Assembly: GCA_031282835.1 (NCBI GenBank)
Contig: JAITCU010000028.1
Span: 10,430-74,429 of the forward strand
From: Puniceicoccales bacterium
Lineage (GTDB): Bacteria; Verrucomicrobiota; Verrucomicrobiia; Opitutales; JAIRLM01
Reading direction: 5' to 3'
Length of the DNA: 64,000 bases
A program made the translations under genes and the position numbers. Positions 1-8,909 of this stretch are shown here, piece by piece; the stretch's first letter is position 1; every line of letters begins with the position of its first letter. The notes under the pieces are model-generated. The model saw only the letters and a program-made list of their open reading frames with translations, was not told the DNA's origin and did not search any database.

Positions 1-74
1 ACGGGCACATTTGATGTGCCGCAAAAAATTGCCAGAACAACGGCGAATAAGTAATAAACGGAAGATTTTTTCAT
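1..74 (-). CDS. 5' end of a gene running off the left edge; signal-peptide-like N-terminus (MKKSSVYYLFAVVLAIFCGTSNVP...)
   Basis: ATG at 74..72 on the minus strand with a GGGGAG Shine-Dalgarno-like stretch about 13 nt upstream. A hydrophobic core is followed by Cys. Only about 24 codons are visible. Confidence 0.3.
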   Translation of the reverse strand, partial: MKKSSVYYLFAVVLAIFCGTSNVP

Positions 75-846
75 CAATGTGAGGCTCCCCATTTGCTGTT
101 AGATAAATTCGTGCCAGTTTTCAATAGAGGTCTTGCAAAAGTCAGAAGCACTGTCTTGAAGCTTGCACTTCATACGGGGCAAAATGGCCCAAAAGCGACC
201 TCTACAAGACCTCTGTTAGGTATTCTCACTTTTTCACTCTCCATGGCGCAAGACAAATTTTCGTTGGAAATGTTTTGCGACTCCAACGACACTACAACTC
301 GAAAACTAAATTTGGGAATTCTTTCTTATTTTTCAGTGGGCAATCTGGGGCGGAAACCTTGCAACCATTTGTTACCGTAGCGAGTACTGTGCGCCATTGA
401 TCGTCGATGAGGTTTGTAAAAAGAAGTTCTGCCTGTTCCAGGCGGTTTGCAGTTTGCAGCAATTTTATGGCATTTCCCACGCCAGTGCCAATGCATTTGC
501 CTTGACTTCCAACCAGAAATTTTTAGATGTATACGCAGTTCTTTGACAGATTTCTAAAATTTGCGAAACCATCAGAGATCTTGACCTGTCCTTCGGTCCT
601 TACGCCGAGCGTGGTACCCATAACCGGAAACGGGGCGGCCGGCCACGGGCGCGAGCAAACCATTGACGGGTGGGTTTTTTCGGTGGTAAAGCGAGTGGTA
701 GAAAGATATTATTAGTAGACCGCAAAAATTGCGCGTGAGTTGCGTTGTGATGGTGGAGTTTTTGTGGGAGTCGATTGTGAGGCGTTTTGTTCTAGATAGA
801 GCGCCAACGGTTCCGGCTTCTACAAAAGTTTCCGCTAGCGCATGCA

Positions 847-1497
847 TTATGCCGATGGCGTTGTCGTTGGTGTTGGCGGGACAAGCGCTCCACCGGAAAT
901 GATTGCCTTCATGGCGTCGGAGATGGACATTTGGAGAGACTTACAACTGTTCCGATCGACAAAAATAAGAAACCCGGACGTGGGGTTTGGCGTCGTTGGA
1001 ACAAACACGCACACGCCATTCTTTTCGCAAAAATTGCCCAATTCACCATCAGCATTACCGGTTACAAAGCCTATGGCGCTGGATCCCTTTGTCGGGAATT
1101 CCACCAGCACAACCTCCTGGAACAGGACACGCTTACCATTTGAAAACGTTCCAACGATTTGTTTGGACGTATTGTAGAGCGTGCGGATAAACGGTAGCTG
1201 ATCGATGATTTTTTCTGTTCCGCGGAGGAGGAACCTTCCCAGGAAGTACCGCGAAACACATCCAACTAGCGCGATAAATAACACGACAAAGAGCGTTGAT
1301 AGGAAGTTGATCGCAAAGATCATGAAAGTCTTCGATGGGACCAGATGGGGGAACGCGTGGAAAAAAAGCCGGCTTGCCGGCGATCCTATCTTGTCCACCA
1401 GGAGTTTAACCAAAAATATGGTAATTCCCAGGGGCAGAAATGCCAAAAGCCCAGCAATGAACGCGTTTCTAAACGCCCGAAACATAACATACTCCAA
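847..1497 (-). CDS. DUF502-family integral membrane protein
   Basis: 216-aa ORF with an N-terminal pair of TM helices (AFIAGLLAFLPLGITIFLV..., FLSTLFVVLFIALVG) followed by a soluble domain, the typical DUF502 layout. Assignment is by pattern memory only. Confidence 0.7.
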   Translation of the reverse strand: MEYVMFRAFRNAFIAGLLAFLPLGITIFLVKLLVDKIGSPASRLFFHAFPHLVPSKTFMIFAINFLSTLFVVLFIALVGCVSRYFLGRFLLRGTEKIIDQLPFIRTLYNTSKQIVGTFSNGKRVLFQEVVLVEFPTKGSSAIGFVTGNADGELGNFCEKNGVCVFVPTTPNPTSGFLIFVDRNSCKSLQMSISDAMKAIISGGALVPPTPTTTPSA

Positions 1498-1529
1498 ATA
1501 AATGTGCGATTTATGAAGGGCAATCCATT

Positions 1530-3560
1530 TTAAACGCCCCCAAAAAGCGTGGCCAACTGCCCTTCGTTGAAAGTGGGAACACCAAACCGCCCTGCATCGG
1601 CCAATTTTCCCCCAGGATTTTCCCCAACGATGAGCGCATTGGTTTTGGATGAAACGCTTTCCCGAACACTTCCGCCTGCCTGTTCAATCCGCTGTTTCAG
1701 TTCCTCCCGGCTGAAGGCGTGAAAAGTCCCGGTGATGACGAAGTTTTTTCCCGCGAAAAATGAAGTTTCCTCCGCAGAATCGGATTTTTTCGCAGAATCC
1801 TCCATGGAAAGCCCAAGCGCCGCCAGTTCGTCAATGAGCCGGCGGTTTGCTGGATCGTTGAAAAAGGTATGAATGCTGGCAGCTACGATATCACCGATTC
1901 CGTCGCAAAGTTGCAACTCTTCCCGGGATGCGGCCATGAGTGCTTCCATTGAGGGCCACCGCTTAGTTAAAAGTTTCGCCGTTTGTACCCCGACGTGGGG
2001 AATTCCCAATCCATGCAACAATCGCCAGAGCGGCCGCCGCTTGGCAGTTTCAATGGCTTCCAAAAGGGTGCGGGCGGATTTTTCCTTCGTATTCGGCAGG
2101 TGCAAAAGCGCCTCCTCGGTTAGCCGAAAAATATCACTGAATTGCTCCAGCAGCCCCGCATCGCGCAATTGTTCAATGCGCTGGGGACCAAGGGTATCGA
2201 TATTCAGTGCCTGTTTGGACGCAAAGTGCTCCAAGCGCCGAGAAATTTGCGGGGGACAGTCGGGGTTTAGACAGCGGTATGCTACTTCACCATCCAACCG
2301 CTTTAGTGGCCCGGCACACGCGGGACAGGATTTCGGATAGGCAAACGGCTGAACATGGGCCGGTCGCCGGTCGGGAACGATGCCCACGATGGCCGGAATG
2401 ACCTCGCCCGCTTTTTCCAGAATCACAAAATCTCCCACGCGAATGTCTTTGCGCGCGATTTCGTCGGCGTTGTGCAGGGTGGCGTGGCGGATGGTGGTTC
2501 CGCCGATGGGGACCGGATCCAGGTGGGCAATCGGTGCAACGATCCCCGTTCGACTCACGCTCAATTCGATGGAAAGCAATTCCGTAATAACTCGCTCCGT
2601 TGGATACTTGTAGGCCATTGCCCAGCGGGGGGCTGACGAAATGGCGCCCAGTTTGCCCCGGAGCACGTGCTCGTTCACCTTAACGACGGCGCCGTCCGTG
2701 GCAAATGGATGGGACCTTCTTTCCCGGTCGTAGCATTCCGCCGCCGCCCAGATGTCCGCGAATGTTTTGGCAAACCGGTGCCCATTGGTTGGAAATCCAC
2801 AACGTTCCAAAAAATGGAGGACTTCCCCATGCGTCGAAAACTCCCGTGAACAGGAAGCAATTTCGTAAGCGATAAACCGCAGGCGACGTTGCTGTGCCAA
2901 TTCCGGGTCCAACAGCTTGAGGCTTCCCGCGGCCAAGTTCCGCGCATTGGCGAACACATCCAGCCCCTCCCGCTGCCGCTGGGAATTGATTTCCTCGAAA
3001 TCTGCCAACGTAATGTAAACCTCCCCGCGGACCTCCAATAACGGAGGAACGTCTTCGATTTCAATTGAATGGGGAAGTTCAACGATGGTGTTCGCATTGC
3101 GGGTGACGTCGTCCCCCTCCTGACCGTTGCCCCGGGTAATTCCTCGGATAAGTGAGCCGTTCTCAAAAATAAGACTTAGTGCCGCTCCATCGATTTTGGG
3201 TTCGACGACGAAGGAAACATCCTCGCCAACGCTTTCGTGGACTCGGTTCACAAAGGCCTGTAACGCGTCAACGTTGTAAGTATTTCCCAGGCTGAGCATG
3301 GGAACGCGGTGGGCTACCTTTTGGAAACCTTTTCTTCGATCATCGCCCACGCCTGGCGCGCGCGCCCGTGTCCGCAAAAAGGGATACTTTTTCAATAAGT
3401 TTTGGTATTCCTGCTTGAGTCGGTCGTATTCCCAGTCGGAAATTTCCGGCGACGATTCTTCGTAGTAGAGCTTATCATGGCGGGCAATCGCCACACCCAA
3501 GTCACGAAACAGCGTTCCGATATGGTCCCGTTCCTGTCCAAGCTGCAATTCATCGTCCAT
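1530..3560 (-). CDS. ligA: NAD-dependent DNA ligase
   Basis: 676 aa. It has the adenylation motif VVEPKIDGAALSL (KxDG), a Cys4 zinc finger (CPACAGPL...YRCLNPDCP), an HhH region and a C-terminal BRCT (FVITGTF...). Confidence 0.97.
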   Translation of the reverse strand: MDDELQLGQERDHIGTLFRDLGVAIARHDKLYYEESSPEISDWEYDRLKQEYQNLLKKYPFLRTRARAPGVGDDRRKGFQKVAHRVPMLSLGNTYNVDALQAFVNRVHESVGEDVSFVVEPKIDGAALSLIFENGSLIRGITRGNGQEGDDVTRNANTIVELPHSIEIEDVPPLLEVRGEVYITLADFEEINSQRQREGLDVFANARNLAAGSLKLLDPELAQQRRLRFIAYEIASCSREFSTHGEVLHFLERCGFPTNGHRFAKTFADIWAAAECYDRERRSHPFATDGAVVKVNEHVLRGKLGAISSAPRWAMAYKYPTERVITELLSIELSVSRTGIVAPIAHLDPVPIGGTTIRHATLHNADEIARKDIRVGDFVILEKAGEVIPAIVGIVPDRRPAHVQPFAYPKSCPACAGPLKRLDGEVAYRCLNPDCPPQISRRLEHFASKQALNIDTLGPQRIEQLRDAGLLEQFSDIFRLTEEALLHLPNTKEKSARTLLEAIETAKRRPLWRLLHGLGIPHVGVQTAKLLTKRWPSMEALMAASREELQLCDGIGDIVAASIHTFFNDPANRRLIDELAALGLSMEDSAKKSDSAEETSFFAGKNFVITGTFHAFSREELKQRIEQAGGSVRESVSSKTNALIVGENPGGKLADAGRFGVPTFNEGQLATLFGGV

Positions 3561-4306
3561 TTTAAAAGCCCATTAGTCCAAATATACTCGATCACTATTG
3601 GAATGCGAGCTCCTTTAAAATATGAAATTTGTCGCCAACATATGATTGTGGCCGGCAAACATTAATACCGGGAAAAACAATGCACAAAACATTCATGAAA
3701 AACTCTCCTAAATACAGTATTACAGTTAAAACATTCAACACCACTATCGTCTCCGGCTCCTTTACCGAAGTAATAATCCGTCATTTGTTTTTATTAATTA
3801 GTCCCCATTGTTTCTCAAATCGGATAAACTAGCTCATTTTTTTATTAATGACACTTCTCAAATGGCCTTCGTCACTGGCAGCGGGCTGGCCCGTCCTAAA
3901 AACGCGGGAGGTTCCCGAAAAAGTCGGGCTTCCAGTTTGAAGCCAGGTGGCAGTCCTGGGAACATTTGCAGTTTCCAATCGCCATTAAAAACATCTTCCG
4001 TGTGTGTGATAATACTTTTCATATTGAACTTTCTTTTTTAGAATCCAGATTCAAGAATTAGACTGCGCGTAAGGTGTGGAATGTCAACGCTTTTGTGAAA
4101 AATCATCAAAAATCCTCGTACGTTGCTTTGGCGTTCGTCCCATCCGGGTGGACCACAGCGAAAAACCGTAAGGCCATTCGAAGGGATTTCACGGGCTTAA
4201 CCACAGTTTGATCGGGACTAACGCCCGTTTTCACTAGACTACTTTTCCCGTTGGCGACTTAAAATCACAGATGTCCCGTTTAGACGCAGAATCGGTCCCA
4301 ATTTAG

Positions 4307-4661
4307 CTAGGGGGCACAAATAAATTTTGGCAGGCGTTTCATAATTCCGGAATATTCGGGCAATTTAGGAAAAAATTCCGCCAGAATTTTGCGCAGCGGC
4401 CCATGATAAGATGTCTTAAAATCCTTTACTCGAGAGAGTTCCCAGAAAATCTTCAGCGTAAGAAGCTGCACAAAAGACAATATCGATGGGCGCCCACTCG
4501 TGGGAGGAAATTCCAATGAATTTTTCTCGCAAAATCCGCAAACACCTTTGAATATTTCCCCCAGCGTTGGGCGAGCTTCCATAAGTGTCTTCCAACGCCA
4601 GACCTACCTCATGGTCAAGCCTATGAGGGACTTTTTCCATCGGGGTTGGGTTAGTTACCAT
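4307..4661 (-). pseudogene. Decayed N-terminal fragment of an IS982/IS5-like DDE transposase, split over two frames
   Basis: Overlapping ORFs 4416..4661 and 4307..4582 lie in different frames. The second reads ...FCEKNSLEF..TSGRPSILSFVQLLTLKIFWELSRVKDFKTSYHGPLRKILAEFFPKLPEYSGIMKRLPKF. This is the N-terminal pattern of IS982/IS5 transposases (GRxxxLS...L.L......F..FY......FP.LPSYS.F.RR...L). It is homologous to the remnant at 55973..56347. No DDE catalytic part follows. Confidence 0.5.
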
Positions 4662-5109
4662 TGCGGGGTGGCGTAGTTCATTGAATTTTCTGGTCTGTTC
4701 CGCACCGCAAGCTGGGCGCCGTGCGTTGTTGTGCCGTGGTGGTTTGCGTGTGCGGAGCGAGCTGTAAGATTTGGCGAAAGCGTCGTTTCCTCCCCGTGCT
4801 ATGGGTGCCCGCGGCGGCAGGCAGATGATGGCGGCACGAAAGGGGGCTCGCTGCTAAGTTGCATGTCGGCGTAGATAAAAGTGGGGAAGTGACGTTACTC
4901 CCGTGATTCTGCCTAAAAAAAATCGCAAAATACAGCGGGCCTGCGACAAAGAGCTCTATAAAAAGCGGTAGCGAATTGAAAATTTTTTTCTCCACTTTCG
5001 GAAATGGCGTGGTATCGCAACACGCTACCGTAAAAACATATCGTTCTTTCTCGCAGCGATGCACATTTGCTGCTTCACACTGATAGGGAAGGGCATTTGG
5101 CGACAGCCC

Positions 5110-7164
5110 CTAGTAATTACAGGCCATCATTGAGCTTTTCAATTGATGGTTCCCCTGCGGATCGCAAACAGCCGACGTAAAGGCCACCCCGTAAGTATGG
5201 GGGCAATGCGTGGCACTTCCTTTGTCTGGATTATTTTGAGCAAATTCATCAATGTATTTCGAAGAGATCATAACCCCGGCGTCCATTTCCACGTTTCCTT
5301 CCGGGGTCATGTTAATGGCGAGTGTGTTTGCGCGAATGCCATGGGTAAAAATATTTTTGCTAAAACTGTCGGCCGCAGGGGAGTCGGCGGCTTTGCCAAG
5401 GTTCAGCTTGTATGCCATGAGGGGACGGGTACATTCTCCTTGGGCATATTGAAATCGGCACAACGCCTGAAAGACATTGAAGGCTTGTTCTGGGGTAAAT
5501 CCGGAGTTTTTTAAAGCCATCAGAACAAATTTTGCCGCTTTGATTCCACCACTGTCGGTTTCTGAAACGTAATTACTCAGATCTACGGAATGGCCGTTGA
5601 TCGTCAGTGTCATATGATTGCTGAGCCGATTGATGTCTTTGAAGATCGTAAGAGATCCAAACAGTCTTGCAACCACCTCCAAATTTCTTTCGAAGTTTTC
5701 ACCTCCAAAAAATTTCGCCCCACCGGGCTCCGGTTCTGTCGCCAGAAATTTAATGGCGTCTTCTCCAGCTCGAACATCGGATTTTTTAGAATTGAGCCGC
5801 TCTTCCCTACTTTGTATGCGATTGTCCGAATCCCCGATAAGCCCAGTTGCGTCCAAATCGGTAAATTTTCTCCCTTCACTGGAGTCTGCGCACAGATCGT
5901 CAAAAAAATCCTTCCGAATCGGCATGCCTTCAACCCTGCTGGCGCCGAGAAGCGCCGCCATGGCAATACCAGCATTTTTCGAAGCTAGGGCGTGGAGAAT
6001 ACATATTTGAACGCCAAGTGGTTGCCTTTGAATAAATTCAGCCATTTTGGATTCGGGATTTAAAAACTGCTGTTGAATTTCTTGGAATCCATGTGGTATT
6101 TCTTCGCGTGCCGCCTCCCGTGCCTGGTCGCCTATGTCAATGAGAGCTTTGAGTGCTGCCTCCGGTGGAGATTGCGTGGTCCCATCCGCCGTGCGATAAA
6201 AACATCCAATGGCTTCTGTGCGCGTGGCATCCTGTTTCCCTGCAGCGTACAGATCGTTGAAAAATTCCTTCGGGATCTGCGCATTCTTGCCAAGAAGCGT
6301 TTTCATGGCGATATCACAGTTTTTTGAAGCCAGGGCGCGGAGGATACTCGTTTGAACTCCAGGTGGTTGGTTTTGAATAAATTCTGCCATCCCGGAGTGG
6401 GGATCCAAGAACTGCCGCCGAATTTTTTCGTAGCCGGGGGGCATTTTTTCTCCGGCGATTTCCCGTTCCAAATTACCGAGGTCCGCGAGGGCGATAAGCG
6501 CATCCTGCGGAGATTGCATGGTTGCATCCATTTTCGTGCCACTGAAACATTCAACGGCCAAGTCTCGGAACGCACGCCGCCCTTCTTCGGTTTTGAAATC
6601 TGGCACGGAAGCCGAAGGCGGCGGTGGAAATCCTTTTGCGTGTATTTGGGCCTGGCGATCCATGGTATGGCTGGGCTTGCGCGTATCATTTGCGGGCGGA
6701 TTACTGCTAGCGGTAGGAGCGCCACCTACAGCCGCATCACCCGTTGAAGAATCGCTGTCCGTGGCAGGACTGCCGGCCACTACAGAACTCTCCCCCGCAG
6801 CCGGAGCGTTGCTCACGACCGAGCCGCCATCCGTAGCGTGGTTATTGCCAGCAGTAGGAGCGTCACCCTTCGCCTTACTAGCATTTGCCGTAGAATTGGC
6901 GACTAAAAGCGCTGCGCCGTTATACCTCCTCTGTTCGGCCTGCTGTACAACGGAAATTCCCGCTCCAGTACCGAAAAAAGCAATTTTATCTCGGATACTT
7001 GCCTTCGCTCCAGGCGCTTGGGGTGGAGTGTGTCCCGTGCTTACCCGTTGCATGCGTTGGTTAGACGTTGGTCCAGACGTTGACGCATTTTTTTCAGGCT
7101 CCAAAGATGGAACCGCAACGGATATCGGCACCGAATTAAACAGCACACCTCCAGACGAAAACAT
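5110..7164 (-). CDS. Hypothetical secreted/effector-like protein with a disordered Ser/Ala/Gly/Thr-rich N-terminal third, an internal ~114-aa tandem duplication and a family-specific C-terminal module
   Basis: 684-aa uninterrupted ORF with no recognisable enzymatic motif. It shares the motifs ILRALASKNCDIAM / ILHALASKNAGIAM and LCRFQYAQGEC with the ORF at 17657..19261. Confidence 0.7.
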   Translation of the reverse strand: MFSSGGVLFNSVPISVAVPSLEPEKNASTSGPTSNQRMQRVSTGHTPPQAPGAKASIRDKIAFFGTGAGISVVQQAEQRRYNGAALLVANSTANASKAKGDAPTAGNNHATDGGSVVSNAPAAGESSVVAGSPATDSDSSTGDAAVGGAPTASSNPPANDTRKPSHTMDRQAQIHAKGFPPPPSASVPDFKTEEGRRAFRDLAVECFSGTKMDATMQSPQDALIALADLGNLEREIAGEKMPPGYEKIRRQFLDPHSGMAEFIQNQPPGVQTSILRALASKNCDIAMKTLLGKNAQIPKEFFNDLYAAGKQDATRTEAIGCFYRTADGTTQSPPEAALKALIDIGDQAREAAREEIPHGFQEIQQQFLNPESKMAEFIQRQPLGVQICILHALASKNAGIAMAALLGASRVEGMPIRKDFFDDLCADSSEGRKFTDLDATGLIGDSDNRIQSREERLNSKKSDVRAGEDAIKFLATEPEPGGAKFFGGENFERNLEVVARLFGSLTIFKDINRLSNHMTLTINGHSVDLSNYVSETDSGGIKAAKFVLMALKNSGFTPEQAFNVFQALCRFQYAQGECTRPLMAYKLNLGKAADSPAADSFSKNIFTHGIRANTLAINMTPEGNVEMDAGVMISSKYIDEFAQNNPDKGSATHCPHTYGVAFTSAVCDPQGNHQLKSSMMACNY

Positions 7165-7292
7165 GCTTAATGTTTTACGTATTTTTCTTCAAACATCAAG
7201 ATAAATTTAACATAAAAACAAACGGAACTGATTTTCAAGTTTCGATAAAGTTTGACACGTAAAGAGGTATTTTTACCAGTCTCTCTCCGCAG

Positions 7293-8024
7293 GTGGCTAG
7301 AATATGCATGATGCGAGGCATGGGCCGTCAGTTGCTGGATTCTCTCTTTCCTCGGGCGTGTGTGGGCTGCGGCTCCGCGCTAGGAAAGGAAAGCGCGTAT
7401 GATTACATCTGTCCCGATTGCTTGCGGGAGATCGATTGGATCCGCAACCACTTTTGTCCCCGTTGCGGGGCACCCGACGTTGAAAACGGAACCATTTGCG
7501 ACGAATGTGGGAAAAAGACTTTTTCCTTTCGCCGAAATCGTTCGATCTATGTCTACTCCGGGCTGGGCCGGCGGATTATTCACGAGTTAAAATATCGTAA
7601 CGGCCGGCATTTGCTTCCCGACATTGGCCGCATGGGCCGAGAGGCCTGTCTGGATTTACACGCCGCCGTGTTAGTTCCCGTTCCGCTACACTGGTGGCGC
7701 CAATGGTTGCGGGGCTTCAACCAGAGCGAACTCATATGTGGGCACTTGGCGAAAATTTATGGCTGCGAAGTTTGCCCACTGCTCCGCCGAAGTCGCCATA
7801 CCAGGCGGCAATTTGGGCTTGGATCGCGGGCACGGTGGAAAAACGTGGGCAATGCGTTCCAAATAAACGGACGAATTCTTAGAAAGATGAAAGTTGCCAA
7901 AGATCGTAAAATCACATTGGTAGATGACATATTTACCACGGGTGCGACCATCGAGGCCTGCGCAAAGGTGTTAGCTGCGGCTGGATTTGAACACGTGGAG
8001 GCGTTGACGCTCGCCCGGGCGTGA
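7293..8024 (+). CDS. comF: ComF-family phosphoribosyltransferase-domain protein
   Basis: N-terminal double CxxC zinc-ribbon (CVGCGS...CPDC...CPRCG...CDEC) and a C-terminal PRTase motif (TLVDDIFTTGATIEA). Confidence 0.85.
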   Translation: MARICMMRGMGRQLLDSLFPRACVGCGSALGKESAYDYICPDCLREIDWIRNHFCPRCGAPDVENGTICDECGKKTFSFRRNRSIYVYSGLGRRIIHELKYRNGRHLLPDIGRMGREACLDLHAAVLVPVPLHWWRQWLRGFNQSELICGHLAKIYGCEVCPLLRRSRHTRRQFGLGSRARWKNVGNAFQINGRILRKMKVAKDRKITLVDDIFTTGATIEACAKVLAAAGFEHVEALTLARA

Positions 8025-8033
8025 GGGGGATGG

Positions 8034-8909
8034 ATGGCTCTTTTTGGAAAACCAAGATATTCAACGGTAACCGCCATAAGGAAGCGGGAAATTCCGCCAG
8101 ATGTGTTTATCAAATGCCCGATTTCCGGAGAAGTTGTTTATACAAAAGAACTTGAAAGTAATTTGAAAGTGGTCCCGAAGAGCGGCTATCATTTTCAACT
8201 AACCGCTCCGGAACGGCTCAAGCTCCTTCTCGATGGGGATTCGTTTGAGGAGTACGACGCAAATCTCGAGGGCGAGGACGTCTTAGCCTTTGAGGGGTAC
8301 GCGGCGAAGCTTGCGGAAAACCGCCAAAAAACGGGCCTGACCGAGGCGGTGGTTACTGGAATCGGCCGCATGGGCGGGGTAATACTTTCCATCGCCGTAA
8401 TGGATTTTCGTTTTATGGGTGCGAGCATGGGCTGCGCCGTGGGAGAAAAAATCACCCGCGCCGTTGAACGGGCCGTTGAACGGGAAATCCCACTCATCAT
8501 CGTCTGTGCCTCCGGTGGAGCGCGCATGCAGGAGGGCATTCTAAGCCTCATGCAGATGGCGAAGGTTAGTGCCGCCCTGGCTCACCTGTCGGACACCGGC
8601 CAGCCGTACATTGCCATTTTAACCGACCCCACCATGGCGGGTGTTATTGCCAGTTTTGCCTCCCTGGGAGACATCATCATCGCCGAACCCGGCGCGCGCA
8701 TCGGATTTGCCGGCGCAAGGGTTATCCGGGAAACTACCCGCCAGGAGCTTCCGCCCGGATTCCAAACGGCTGAATTTTTATTGGATCACGGTTTTTTGGA
8801 TCAAATTACCTCGCGAGGTCAAATGCGACGGTGCGTTATCAACTTTCTTAAGGCATTCACCGGCCGTCCGAAGGCCAGGCCATCACCCCGGCAATGTGCC
8901 TCCGATTAG
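8034..8909 (+). CDS. accD: Acetyl-CoA carboxylase carboxyltransferase beta subunit
   Basis: Collinear with E. coli AccD from memory ([54 protein letters not shown]....LP.GFQ.AEFL). The N-terminal zinc-ribbon cysteines are mostly replaced (see findings). Confidence 0.95.
   Translation: MALFGKPRYSTVTAIRKREIPPDVFIKCPISGEVVYTKELESNLKVVPKSGYHFQLTAPERLKLLLDGDSFEEYDANLEGEDVLAFEGYAAKLAENRQKTGLTEAVVTGIGRMGGVILSIAVMDFRFMGASMGCAVGEKITRAVERAVEREIPLIIVCASGGARMQEGILSLMQMAKVSAALAHLSDTGQPYIAILTDPTMAGVIASFASLGDIIIAEPGARIGFAGARVIRETTRQELPPGFQTAEFLLDHGFLDQITSRGQMRRCVINFLKAFTGRPKARPSPRQCASD

Noticed and set aside
560-700. Possible RNase P RNA or SRP RNA
   Set aside because: Only short resemblances (GAGCAAACC, CCGGAAAC). 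The universally conserved GGAAAGUCC (RNase P) and the SRP domain IV symmetric-loop/GGAA context are absent on both strands. It is kept only as an unassigned structured segment.
5110-5125. C-terminal Cys of the paralogous proteins (..ACNY, ..ACSV) as a host prenylation (CaaX) signal
   Set aside because: The Cys is at position -3, not -4, so the tails do not fit CaaX, CC or CxC consensus. It is noted only as a shared family feature.
6518-7204. 228-aa Ala/Pro/Leu-rich plus-strand ORF
   Set aside because: It is the reverse complement of the Ser/Ala/Gly-rich low-complexity region of the 684-aa gene, a compositional artefact.
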